Assembly: GCA_963775685.1 (NCBI GenBank)
Contig: CAVZJV010000014.1
Location: forward strand, 864,001 to 928,000
Length of the DNA stretch: 64,000 nucleotides
Direction of reading: 5' to 3'
Origin: Candidatus Bathyarchaeota archaeon
GTDB taxonomy: Archaea > Thermoproteota > Bathyarchaeia > Bathyarchaeales > Bathycorpusculaceae
Shown here: piece by piece, positions 54,321-64,000 of the stretch
Layout of the letters: every line of letters begins with the position of its first letter
How positions within the stretch are numbered: the first letter of the stretch is position 1
Program-made: the position numbers and the translations under genes
Notes under the pieces: model-generated
Told to the model about the DNA's origin: nothing
What the model saw: the letters and a program-made list of their open reading frames with translations, nothing else
The model's database searches: none

Positions 54321-54350
54321 GAGGCCAGCCGGATTTGAACCGCCCGACCA
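54321..54350 (-). other. tRNA 3'-half-like fragment (T arm and acceptor strand only)
   Basis: Reverse complement TGGTCGGGCGGTTCAAATCCGGCTGGCCTC; no 5' half visible. Confidence 0.4.
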
Positions 54351-54364
54351 TTTGGTTTCTTCGC

Positions 54365-55210
54365 TTAGTTGAATTCTTTTCTTTCGAATAGCACTAAGCC
54401 GATTGCTGTGGTTATGATGAAGTAAAGTCCTATGATGGCGAGTCCTTCGGGGATAGCTGCGTTATAAATGCTAAAGGCGGTCCCAGGGATAGATGTAGCG
54501 TGCGATGGGAAGGGTACGGTTAGTACGTTTCCGATTATTCCTGCGCCGTAGCTTAGCAAGAACCAGGGTTCAATATGAATAAGCAATGAAACCACTAGTT
54601 GGATTATATTGAATGCGAAGAGGAACAGGATGGCGGTGACAAGGATTGAGAAGGAGCTGCTTTTGAAGAGTGAACTGAACAGGAATGTGAAGCCCAGTAC
54701 TGCAACGAGATAGAACCATGAGAAAAGTACTGATTCAACAAATTCTATTGGTACTGCGCCAAAGTAGTAGACGCCGTTGCTAACTGTGATAAGGGTGAAT
54801 ATGCCCAGAATAACAGTGGATGCGATGAATGCGGAAAGCCATTTTCCAATGTAAATTGAAGATCTTCGAATAGGGTTAGGAACCCCAAAATAACCTGTTT
54901 TATTCTGGAATTCTCCTGAGATCGCGTCGCCTCCAAAGAAAACTGCTGAAAGCACAACTACAAAGGTTGCTGTGTTTCCCCACCAACCTGAATAAAACGT
55001 TAGGTTGGAGGCAAGAAATTCTGTTGGTCGGTAGTATCCAACGGCGAATGTGAGAAGTGCACTTATGCTAAGAGTTATTGCTAAAAGAATGAAGAATCTG
55101 CGTGATCTAATGTAGTCAAGTAGGGTGTACTTCATGGTTATGCCCACTTGGGCGATGCTGGTGGGCACGATGTTTTTAGATTCAAAGTTTTTTTGTGTCA
55201 TTTGTATCAC
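54365..55210 (-). CDS. ABC-2 type permease
   Basis: DAISGEFQNKTG, PIRRSSIYIGK; multiple TMs. Confidence 0.88.
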   Translation of the reverse strand: MIQMTQKNFESKNIVPTSIAQVGITMKYTLLDYIRSRRFFILLAITLSISALLTFAVGYYRPTEFLASNLTFYSGWWGNTATFVVVLSAVFFGGDAISGEFQNKTGYFGVPNPIRRSSIYIGKWLSAFIASTVILGIFTLITVSNGVYYFGAVPIEFVESVLFSWFYLVAVLGFTFLFSSLFKSSSFSILVTAILFLFAFNIIQLVVSLLIHIEPWFLLSYGAGIIGNVLTVPFPSHATSIPGTAFSIYNAAIPEGLAIIGLYFIITTAIGLVLFERKEFN

Positions 55211-56148
55211 AGCGTGGCTGTTATGAGTTTAAGATAAACTTCTTCGAGTTCCGACGAAGCAGCTTTGTAGCTAACAACGCCAATATTCAACTTAACCATG
55301 TCGCATAGAAGGCGTTCTTGCACTTCTAATCCTCCAGTGAAACTTACTTTGATGTCTTTGTCACTTGTTTTTTCAGCGTTAACCACACAGGGCAAAGCTG
55401 CAATGGTTTGGGTTACGGTTGTGGTGTTGATTGAACGTAGCAAGCCGACTTCTACAACGTTGTTTCCGCCTGAGAACTTGGCGGTTACGTTTGAGAGGGT
55501 GTCGTAAACGATTAGTTTTCCCTGATTTATCATGGCGACTTCGTCGCAGACATCAGAAACCTCACTTAGGATGTGGGAACTCATGAAAATTAAGCGGTTT
55601 TTTCCCTTAAGGGATTTGATGATTTCGCGAACTTCGCTCATTCCTCGGGGGTCAAGGCCAGTGGTTGGTTCATCTAAAAGGATGATGGATGGGTTGCTAA
55701 GCAATGTTGAGGCTATACATATTCTCTGTTTCATGCCTTTAGAAAATTTGCCGACACGCTTGTCTATCCAACCCTCCATGTGTACTTCAGCAACGACTTC
55801 TTCGATGCGGTTTTTCTGCTCGCCATTGGGTACGCCTCGAATCTCTGCAATCATCGTTAAAGCCTCGCGCGGTGTGAGGGAAGCGTAGATTTCGGGGGTT
55901 TCGATGAGTGTGCTTACGTTTTCTAGGGCTTTCTTTTTTTGGGTGTGAACGTTAACGCCGTTTATTAGGGCTTGTCCAGTGGAGGGACGAATTAAATCGG
56001 TGAACATTTTTAGGGTAGTTGTTTTTCCTGAACCGTTGGGTCCCAAGAAACCGACGCATTTTGTGCCTTCAATTTTAAGGTTTAAATCTGAGAGGGCTGT
56101 GAATGTGCCATATTTTTTTGTTAAATTTACTGCTTCAATCGATGGCAT
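55207..56148 (-). CDS. ABC transporter ATP-binding protein
   Basis: GPNGSGKTT, FSKGMKQR, LDEPT, SSH. Confidence 0.95.
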   Translation of the reverse strand: MPSIEAVNLTKKYGTFTALSDLNLKIEGTKCVGFLGPNGSGKTTTLKMFTDLIRPSTGQALINGVNVHTQKKKALENVSTLIETPEIYASLTPREALTMIAEIRGVPNGEQKNRIEEVVAEVHMEGWIDKRVGKFSKGMKQRICIASTLLSNPSIILLDEPTTGLDPRGMSEVREIIKSLKGKNRLIFMSSHILSEVSDVCDEVAMINQGKLIVYDTLSNVTAKFSGGNNVVEVGLLRSINTTTVTQTIAALPCVVNAEKTSDKDIKVSFTGGLEVQERLLCDMVKLNIGVVSYKAASSELEEVYLKLITATL

Positions 56149-56221
56149 TCTGTTCTACCATAAGATGCGTTAAGGGACGGCGGCTTAAAAGGAACGCTCA
56201 TTGCGGGGGAGTACCAAAACC

Positions 56222-56518
56222 CTATGTTCTCAGGCGCAGCCTTGGAAATTTAAGTTGCCCAACATATTTCATTATCCACGTCACCAAATCGTCGTAGGCT
56301 TCGGAGCCTTCCTTGGTCAAAATTACTAAGCCGCTTTCGTCAACCATAACAAAGCCCTTCTGCAACATCCAAGCCAAATACTTAACAAACTTATCATACG
56401 CCAACCCAGTTGAGGTTGCAAGGGCAGTTTTGTTCATCCTGTTTTTCTCTTTCAACGCCTTGATTATTCGAGCGATGACGTAGAGGTCAGGCTTGGAACT
56501 CTGCTCTCCCAAGCTCAA
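56222..56518 (-). CDS. Winged-helix transcription regulator
   Basis: KTALATSTGLAYDKFVKYL..M..KG...LTKEG. Confidence 0.8.
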   Translation of the reverse strand: MSLGEQSSKPDLYVIARIIKALKEKNRMNKTALATSTGLAYDKFVKYLAWMLQKGFVMVDESGLVILTKEGSEAYDDLVTWIMKYVGQLKFPRLRLRT

Positions 56519-57167
56519 AGCTAAACCACCTTAGCTCCCAAAGGAGCATATCTAAAGACTGCACTTCTTTGTAGCGTTTCAAAAGGTCTTTGCCTAGAAA
56601 CAACAGGACTACAAAGAGCGCAATTAATCCTAAACCTAAACTGCTTTCTATGTGTAAATGCGGAAGTATCTGGGTTATAACGCTGACGACAATGCTTAAG
56701 GTGAAGTACGTGATAAACCAGTACGCGCCAGTTTTCAGGAGTCCATAAATGACATAGCTAAGCTTGCCAATGTTGATTTCGTTAAATGTTTCATCCCAAT
56801 CCAACTCCAATAGAATTTCCAAAGCCGCCGGAAACCCTTGCGACAGCGGCTCTTTCCAATCTCCAGTTTTAGCGGAATTTACTCTTTTTCTAACATATAA
56901 AATCCCGCTAACCAAGCCAAGTACAGGAACTAGAAGCAAAAAGAAGCCGATAACAAAATAAAGCGGCCTGTTGAGGTTTTCGTTTACTCCGACGACGGCA
57001 AGCAAGACGCCTAAGCCGATAAAAACTATAATTGAACCTATGATTATTAACGCGAATTTTTTCAGGGAACGCGCTAGAGCATTGTAGCGTTTTATATGGT
57101 CAAGGGTTTCCATGAGATCCGCGACTTTCGAAACCACATTTTCCTCAGTCATCATTGAATCATTCAA
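56487..57167 (-). CDS. Membrane protein
   Basis: Four hydrophobic segments; overlaps the wHTH gene. Confidence 0.7.
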   Translation of the reverse strand: MNDSMMTEENVVSKVADLMETLDHIKRYNALARSLKKFALIIIGSIIVFIGLGVLLAVVGVNENLNRPLYFVIGFFLLLVPVLGLVSGILYVRKRVNSAKTGDWKEPLSQGFPAALEILLELDWDETFNEINIGKLSYVIYGLLKTGAYWFITYFTLSIVVSVITQILPHLHIESSLGLGLIALFVVLLFLGKDLLKRYKEVQSLDMLLWELRWFSFELGRAEFQA

Positions 57168-57381
57168 GCAATACTTACCCTATAAATACGCGATTAAATA
57201 ATCAGAGAGCACCTCTTAAGAAATATAAACTGAACTCCCTCCCAATGAGGACTTTTTGGCCGATGTGCGCGGTGTCTGGTTTAGAGAAAAAGATTTTAAC
57301 TTAACGCTTTGTACTTTGAAGCATTGACTAGTAAAGGTTGACTATGCGTGAAGACTGAGTGCCGTTCGAAAGTTAGGTAGG

Positions 57382-57924
57382 TTGTTTGTTATGCCTTTTC
57401 AGAGTGCAGTTGAGTTTGTGGTAATGCGTGTTTTCCGCTTGTTTACAAAATTGCCTTTGAGTGGAATTATGGGTTTGGTTGTGCAGAGAGGAAACTTCAC
57501 GGATTATTTTAAGGGGTTTGAGAAAAATCGTGCGGCCCTTGGAATATTTGGAAAGGAAACCGAGCGGGTCCTGAGGAATCTAAAGGTGGATTTCATCTGG
57601 TTCGGTTATATGGGCGTCAGCGACGAAAATGGACATTTGATGGTGAACAAGCAATATTTAAGCACTGGAAGAAGACTAGACATTTACCTTGATGTTATCC
57701 ATGAGCTCTGCCACGTGAAACAGCACATGGACGGCATGGATCTCTTTGATCCACGCTACGACTATGTGGATAGACCAACAGAAATCGAGGCTTATCGTTA
57801 CGCAGTATTGGAAGCAAAACGCATCGGGCTGAGCGGTGCACAGATTCGCGTCTACCTCAAAACTGAAATGATGAGAGATAAAGCTTTGAACCGACTGATT
57901 AAGAACATGGGGATAGACCTTTAG
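57382..57924 (+). CDS. Zincin-like HExxH protein
   Basis: IHELCHVKQ and PTEIEAY. Confidence 0.7.
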   Translation: MFVMPFQSAVEFVVMRVFRLFTKLPLSGIMGLVVQRGNFTDYFKGFEKNRAALGIFGKETERVLRNLKVDFIWFGYMGVSDENGHLMVNKQYLSTGRRLDIYLDVIHELCHVKQHMDGMDLFDPRYDYVDRPTEIEAYRYAVLEAKRIGLSGAQIRVYLKTEMMRDKALNRLIKNMGIDL

Positions 57925-58926
57925 GAATACCTAATTTTTCTTTTCTATTGCAACTTGGTTAAAAACTTAAGTTTTTAGGGCTGGTGGATTTGAGGACAAT
58001 AGGTGCTCTTAAACTTCATCTCATAAATCTGCACTGGGCTGTATTCAATATCGGGGATGCTTGAGTATTTGATTAGCTAATGAAGCTCAGCACGAAGGTG
58101 AATATCCAGATTAATTAAGTGCCTAATCCATGATAAAGGTCTGGAAAGTAGAAGACTGATTCCGAATATGGCTGGAAGTATGATTCCCAATTTGGATACT
58201 TTTCCTTGGTTAAATTGGCCACCCCACATAACTAAAAATAAGGAATAGAACGAAAAATAAGGAAGTGCGCAATTTGAATCCATCCGGGCGGTTCTAACGA
58301 TAATGCAGGTACATAGATATTGAGTGGAGTATACCCTGTGTGAGGACCCTTGGAACATGAATATAGCTAAGGAGTGTGATTCAATCATGCCGGCGCATGT
58401 TGTAAGTTGTTGTTGATTGATTTTTTTTTTGTTGACTTTTTTTTCATGGTTTTAACTTTCCGTCTCTGTCGATGTATTGGAGGTTTTAGAATAAGATTGC
58501 ACGCCGAATACCCTCGTCGTTTATAATATTTTATGATGTGAAGATTCTTCACCTATTATGTGCCGGTTTGTTTTGGAATGGTTGCTTTAAGAGATAACAA
58601 AAAGCTAAATGACACAGAAAACCAAAAAACCAATTGTTACAAACCACACGCTTTTGAGGAATCCCAAAATGAAGTAAAATAGAAGTGACCCTGACCCGAT
58701 TATGTACCAAAATCATAAAAATAATCCCTATCTTTCTCGTCGAAAGAACACTTACAAAATCCACAAAGCATTTGAGAATATTAGGCGGTTAAAATGTATA
58801 TTGGCAGATTCTGTTTTTTCCCGACGCGTTTTATTAAGGTTTAGGATACAGAAAAAGACCCGCAGTTTTCTAGAATAACTGTTAAATACTTAAATTGAGA
58901 GGGATTAGTGTTTTGGAGAGGTTAAG

Positions 58927-59373
58927 GTGGGTGTTCCCGAGAGTTCGGACAATGATCTTTTGAGCGAAGATCGCAAAGCAAGGGTTGAAGCTCAAAAAAA
59001 GTTAATTGAGGAACTCAAATCACAGTGGAAACTTTTGTGGAGCGAGCGATACGACGATAGAGTTAGAGCTGAGGGGGTCTCAGTAAATGATTACGCCATC
59101 CTGGACGTGGAGAAAGGAACCATCATCCATGCAACCAAAGACTTCAAGATCCTGAACCTAAAACAGATCCTTGAAAAACACAAAATCGATAACCCTGAGC
59201 GACATATCCAACCAGACGTTTCTATTGGTGGTTGGAATAAATTCATAAAAACAGAGATACAAGTACAAAAAGGCAGTCGCGCCGCAGCCTATGTTGCGGA
59301 AAAGAAAAAGACGAAAAAAAAACCAGGTCAGCAAACCAAAAAGGGCGGTCGCGGTTGGCTGCACACAGTATAG
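58927..59373 (+). CDS. Conserved hypothetical protein
   Basis: 148-aa ORF with GGAGAGG upstream and a basic C-terminus. Confidence 0.7.
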   Translation: MGVPESSDNDLLSEDRKARVEAQKKLIEELKSQWKLLWSERYDDRVRAEGVSVNDYAILDVEKGTIIHATKDFKILNLKQILEKHKIDNPERHIQPDVSIGGWNKFIKTEIQVQKGSRAAAYVAEKKKTKKKPGQQTKKGGRGWLHTV

Positions 59374-59500
59374 AGGTTAGTTAAGCAAATTTAAGCAATC
59401 ACTGCCGACTTTCTTTGCACCAAAACTAATTCTGAAGAAAGGTTAGCTTACTCAAAAGAGGGGACGAGTGAACAGTTGACTCAATGTCAAAGCAATAAAA

Positions 59501-60286
59501 TTATAGAATCGCTTCGGCCATTATTCTTTTTAATATCGTTGCGCCATGCTTCATTTTGAGTTTTTTTTCACCTAATCTCTGGCGGTATTGAATTGGAATT
59601 TCAACTGTTTTGTATCCTTTCTTCTGGACTAGGCTATTTAGTTCTACCTCTATGTCAAAGCCATTGGATTTCAACTTTAAGTCCTTGAGTATTTCTGCTC
59701 GAATGACGCGTAATCCCGTTAGAGGATCGTGAAGGGCTACGCCGTTTAAAATACTATGGCTAAATGCAAGGAGTTTATTTCCCAAATAGAAGCGATTATG
59801 CAAAGCTTTGTTATCTAGTTGTGAATTAAATCGGTTACCACAAACCATACCTATCTCTGGATTATTCTCTAGAATTTCAATCATCTCGGGAACATGTTTA
59901 GCTGGATAGGTAAAATCAGCATCCGTGAGCACTATATAATCTATGTTGGCATTTGTTAGGCTTAGCGCTTTCTCAATGGCGTCTCCTTTACCTTCTCCGT
60001 CTTGAAAGGCAATATCCGCGCCAAGATTTTTTGCCACCTCCACAGTTCTATCGTTGCTGTGCCCATCAACAACCAGTATATGAGGTGAAAAAAGATTATC
60101 CATTAGCTCCGCAATTGTTAGTCCAATTCCCGCCTCTTCGTTTAGAGCCGCAACAATTACCTGAGTTGAGCTAAACTGAGGAGTTTGCCTTTCTAATAGT
60201 GGATATTGAAACTTTGAATCCGAACTTTGGTTCAGGGGCTCTTCTGATGGTTTGAACCTTTTTAGCACTGCCATACCTTGATTCAC
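59501..60286 (-). CDS. Glycosyltransferase family 2 (DPM synthase-like)
   Basis: ALNEE, VDGHSNDRT, GKGDA, TDADFTY, DPLTGLR. Confidence 0.92.
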   Translation of the reverse strand: MNQGMAVLKRFKPSEEPLNQSSDSKFQYPLLERQTPQFSSTQVIVAALNEEAGIGLTIAELMDNLFSPHILVVDGHSNDRTVEVAKNLGADIAFQDGEGKGDAIEKALSLTNANIDYIVLTDADFTYPAKHVPEMIEILENNPEIGMVCGNRFNSQLDNKALHNRFYLGNKLLAFSHSILNGVALHDPLTGLRVIRAEILKDLKLKSNGFDIEVELNSLVQKKGYKTVEIPIQYRQRLGEKKLKMKHGATILKRIMAEAIL

Positions 60287-60941
60287 ACTGCGTACTATTA
60301 ATTACGGTAAATCTTAATTCATTATTAGTAACTTAGCGCTCTTATGCGTATGTGATTGTGAGGTTACAGCAACAAGCTTTGAGATGCTAATTCTCCATGC
60401 AATGTTGGCTTATGGTATTTTTGTCTTCTATCTTTTTAGAGGGTTGTAAAGTTCCCTGTGAGGTTAGGGTTTTGACAGGTATTTCAATGATTGTAGAACT
60501 CGTTTTGAAGGCAAGTTTCACATTCGTTACAAGTGTAAGTTGCAACGCGGAGAAAGGAGTTGTTTAGTTCCTTACTGGGTTTTGTTATCTCGTTTCTGCA
60601 ACCGGATTGTTGCCTTAATTCTCACTTGCTTAGTTTACATAAATCAAATATCAAGGTTCGTTGTCACACCCAAATAGCAGTAACCAAAGCCTGATCAAGA
60701 ATCCTATAGTTTGATATTTTATGAATAAGAGGAAACTTGTATAGATTGCTTGATGTACAACAACAAAACAACAAACTTTAATTTTTAATTACAAAATCTC
60801 AATAGGCTAATGCTGTATTTTTAATTAAATATGTTTAATCTAAAGTACAGCTGCATATCTGCTATTACAGGTTACCATTGTAAAAAGATAACTCATCCTT
60901 TGCCATAGTTGTATTAGAGAACTCTAAGGGGAAAAAAGAAT

Positions 60942-61280
60942 ATGGTTAAAAAAGAAGTGTGGTTCTGCGTAACCCTCATCATCATAGGCACTTTGGACTT
61001 GCTAACAACCATAGTTGGAGTAGTGGTTTTTGGAGCTAACGAAACCAACCCTCTAATTGCAGGATTAGCACAATCAAACATACTATTGTTTAGCGCTGTA
61101 AAGCTCGCGGCAATTACAGTAACTGGATTAGTGTTCTACAAAGCAGAAGCTAAAGCAAAAATCACTAGCCAACTTTCGCCCTTCACAAAAAAGTTTCTAA
61201 ACTCAGGCTACGCCATATGCCTTTTTGCCCTATCGTTTGCAGTCTTGAACAATTTTTCAGCAATAATCAATGTAGCTTAA
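60942..61280 (+). CDS. DUF5658-type membrane protein
   Basis: LDLLTT..G...GANETNPL...VKL. Confidence 0.75.
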   Translation: MVKKEVWFCVTLIIIGTLDLLTTIVGVVVFGANETNPLIAGLAQSNILLFSAVKLAAITVTGLVFYKAEAKAKITSQLSPFTKKFLNSGYAICLFALSFAVLNNFSAIINVA

Positions 61281-61320
61281 GCTAAAATAAAAAGGGAAGA
61301 TGATAATTTTTTTAGATCAA

Positions 61321-61800
61321 TTATGGGTTTGTTCCTGTGATGTTTATTTGGACGCTGAAGCTTGAGACGTCAACTATGCTTGAAGATACGTGTAGCGTTA
61401 AGGTTGCAGCGACTGATTCGCCTGGATTAATTTTTGTGTCTTCTTTGTTCCAGGTTAAGGTTAAGGGGCCGTTTGCGCCTGAGGACCAATTGCTGGTGGT
61501 CATGCTCAGAGCAAGTGAGAGGCCCTCACCTGTGTTTTTTATATAGATAGTGTGTGTGGTGTTTTCTCCTGGAGTTATCGTGCCCCAGTCTATTGTACTC
61601 AGTGGATGGGTACAACCACTGTCTGAGTACACGTTCAGGTTTGCAGATGTTGTTACTGAACCACTGGTGTTTAGGTTTTGTGTTGTGCTTATGGCTGCAT
61701 AAGTTGTTAAGGTTAATGCGACTGCGATTGTGACTAAAGCCACAACTGCGGCGGTTATTGAGATTTTTATTTTTGGCATGTGTGTTCCCCGAAAAACCAA
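61321..61800 (-). CDS. Secreted/surface beta-rich protein
   Basis: Signal peptide; VYSD..C..PLSTIDWG.I.PG, YIKNTG. Confidence 0.7.
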   Translation of the reverse strand: MVFRGTHMPKIKISITAAVVALVTIAVALTLTTYAAISTTQNLNTSGSVTTSANLNVYSDSGCTHPLSTIDWGTITPGENTTHTIYIKNTGEGLSLALSMTTSNWSSGANGPLTLTWNKEDTKINPGESVAATLTLHVSSSIVDVSSFSVQINITGTNP

Positions 61801-62319
61801 GTTTGTCGTAAGTCTTAATAAACGTTATTAATCAACAATAAACACCTAAAAAAAGAACAACACAAATACACAACATCAATAACACCAGCTACGTGTTCGC
61901 TATCTCCGGTTTGGAGAACGATAACGACACGTTATAAACGGAACAAATGTTGCCTTTAGATTACGCCTTTTTCAACCGGCAGCCTCCTTTAGAGACATAG
62001 TAAGGGCAATTGCATTCAACAATTGAGAAATTTTACCAGTCTCTAGCTCCATGCTTTTGAGGAAATCACCGAACCAATCTTTGTTAGTTTCCGGTGTAGC
62101 TTACATCGACCTGTGGTAGTTCCTTGTACGATTAACTTCCTAAGAATTATAAAAATTCTATTGTGGAAACCGTTAAAGTCATCTATCAAACTTAATTGAT
62201 TACTGTTGAGAAATTGGAGAAATAGAAGTTTTTACCTATTCTCATTGTTCTTTTGTCCATGAATGCGTCTTAAAATCTGCCTAAGCAAATGTGAATGTTG
62301 TGCAAGCAATTTTGTAGCT

Positions 62320-64000
62320 TTAAGACTGCGATTTTTTCATTTTTAGTGCAACGACAGTGACAGCAACTGCAACTATAGATACGACTCCAATTGTCAAACC
62401 AATGAAGAGAAAAACGCTAGAGTTGGTTGGTGCCGTGGTCAGAGTTGGTTCACTGGAAGGAGAAGCTGAAGCCGTTGGAAAAGGGGTTTCTGAAGGCCCC
62501 GAAGTTGCCGTCGGAGACGGCGTAGGGGTTGCGACATGAGAAGGAGTTGGGGTCGGTGGAGGAGTTGGGGTTGGAGTGGAAGTTTGTGCTGGCGACCAAT
62601 TTGCCGTAGCGGTTTTTGGGCCATCCATGACAATAACGTTTGAAGGAGAAGTGTTGCCTGAGGCGCTACCGCTCCATCCGGTGAAAACGTATTGGGTTCC
62701 ACCTGGTCCGGTGGAAGTTGTTGGATTAACTGATGCATAGGCGGATGTGCTGGCGTCATACCAGCCTCCACCCGCAGGGTTGCCGTAAGCTGAAGTGACT
62801 GTTAGATAATACTGGGTTTTCCAAGTCCAAGAAATGCTCGAAGGAGAATTAATAGTAAATACGACATTTGAACTATTGCCGGTTGCTGGAACGCTGCCTG
62901 TACCTGCCCAACCTGAACAGACGTATTGAACTCCGGTTTGAGCCGTTGGAGGAGATGTTTCCACATTAACTGAGGTCCCAGCCGCAAACCAGTTTTCACC
63001 AGCTGCGGGTTGGGTGGTTCCAAGATTTGTGACGACAGTTAATTTGTATTCGGTATTCCATAGAGCAGTCTCTGTAATGGGGCCATTCATCGTAAGGACA
63101 ACAGGGTTAATAGTTCCGGTGTAGCTGTTTGCTCCCAAACCAGTCCAACCAGTCCATGACCCACGTGTGTCTGCTGAAGTAGGAGATACCGCAGTTATTG
63201 TAACCGGGGTTCCAGCTTTATACCAATATTCCCCTGCTGGCGGAGTGGAGGTCCCGGAAGTAGAATAGAGCGTTAACTTATATTCATGTGTCCAAAATGC
63301 AGTTTCAGTAACGTTACTGTTTATAGTGATGGTTACGTTATTGCTGGTTCCATTGTAACTTGAGGCGCCTGAGCCTGTCCAGTTAAGCAAGGTGAATCGT
63401 TCATCAGCTCCCGCGGTTGGAGGAGTAGCAACTATTGTTACGTTGGTTCCTGCCGTGTACCAATGCTCCTCCCCCGCTGAGGGCGCTGTGATCCCATAGT
63501 TCGTTGATAAAGTCAGCTTATACATTGGATTGAAATTAGCCGTAACAGTCTTGTTGCTATTCATAGTAATATTTTGAGAGCTGATATTGCCACTTAAGGC
63601 TCCGCTCCAAGAGCTAAACGTCCAGCCGTCATCAGCTTTAGCGGTTAAATTAACCACAGCACCAGAAGGATACGCAACTTTGTCAGGAAGTTTAGCCACC
63701 AGTCCATGCCCATCATAGTTTATCGTTAACGAATAACCCAGAAGCTTAACCAAAGCAGTATACCAGACATCCGCCATCTTTTCATATCCTGCAAAGTTTG
63801 GATGAATCCCATCCGAAGACATATCCGTAGAATAGTTCAATGCATTCTCCATGTCCACAACGACTATTTTATCACCATTGGCAATGCGGGCTTGAGCCAT
63901 TGCTTGGAGTGCAACATCAAAAGATTTGGTGGTATCATTCCAATCAACTCTATCACTTCGCAAAACAATACTTGCAAGAATAACTGTAACTGATTGACTG
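62320..64000 (-). CDS. Surface protein with SGNH/GDSL hydrolase domain, repeated beta modules, PT linker and C-terminal TM (5' truncated)
   Basis: DGIHPNFAGYEKMADVW; repeats of Y.LT...G..W...GT.V..W.G.G; PTPTP; TM plus KMKK. Confidence 0.8.
   Translation of the reverse strand, partial: SQSVTVILASIVLRSDRVDWNDTTKSFDVALQAMAQARIANGDKIVVVDMENALNYSTDMSSDGIHPNFAGYEKMADVWYTALVKLLGYSLTINYDGHGLVAKLPDKVAYPSGAVVNLTAKADDGWTFSSWSGALSGNISSQNITMNSNKTVTANFNPMYKLTLSTNYGITAPSAGEEHWYTAGTNVTIVATPPTAGADERFTLLNWTGSGASSYNGTSNNVTITINSNVTETAFWTHEYKLTLYSTSGTSTPPAGEYWYKAGTPVTITAVSPTSADTRGSWTGWTGLGANSYTGTINPVVLTMNGPITETALWNTEYKLTVVTNLGTTQPAAGENWFAAGTSVNVETSPPTAQTGVQYVCSGWAGTGSVPATGNSSNVVFTINSPSSISWTWKTQYYLTVTSAYGNPAGGGWYDASTSAYASVNPTTSTGPGGTQYVFTGWSGSASGNTSPSNVIVMDGPKTATANWSPAQTSTPTPTPPPTPTPSHVATPTPSPTATSGPSETPFPTASASPSSEPTLTTAPTNSSVFLFIGLTIGVVSIVAVAVTVVALKMKKSQS

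Noticed and set aside
57310-57380. Possible second box C/D sRNA (TTGA...GTGAAGA)
   Set aside because: No convincing C box/terminal D box pair and no recognisable guide

Overview
Archaeal chromosomal segment, most consistent with Bathyarchaeia (inferred from eL22, a stand-alone EF-2, AfpA, Nip7-like and endA genes, and a zinc-ribbon tyrosine integrase). The flanks carry housekeeping genes (glnA, hisS, endA, mtnA, cca, thpR, class II HMG-CoA reductase, DNA ligase, P-type ATPase, EF-2, ABC transporters). Scattered single-base frameshifts point to an error-prone long-read assembly. The main feature is a ~14.5 kb integrated element (27027-41564) inserted in the middle of a DUF763 gene, between two AACTCT cores; removing it restores a 378-aa ORF. 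The element encodes two tyrosine recombinases, a fused B+A type IIB topoisomerase (Topo VIII-like), a wHTH/Rep_trans-like protein between 25-bp direct repeats, RHH regulators around a palindromic promoter, and two proteins that share a GHGYG N-terminal leader. It also contains a 564-nt poly(A) run that is probably an artefact. Upstream of rpl22e is an unannotated box C/D sRNA whose guide matches the Cm1402 site of 16S rRNA. All family assignments come from motif recognition by eye; no database searches were run.
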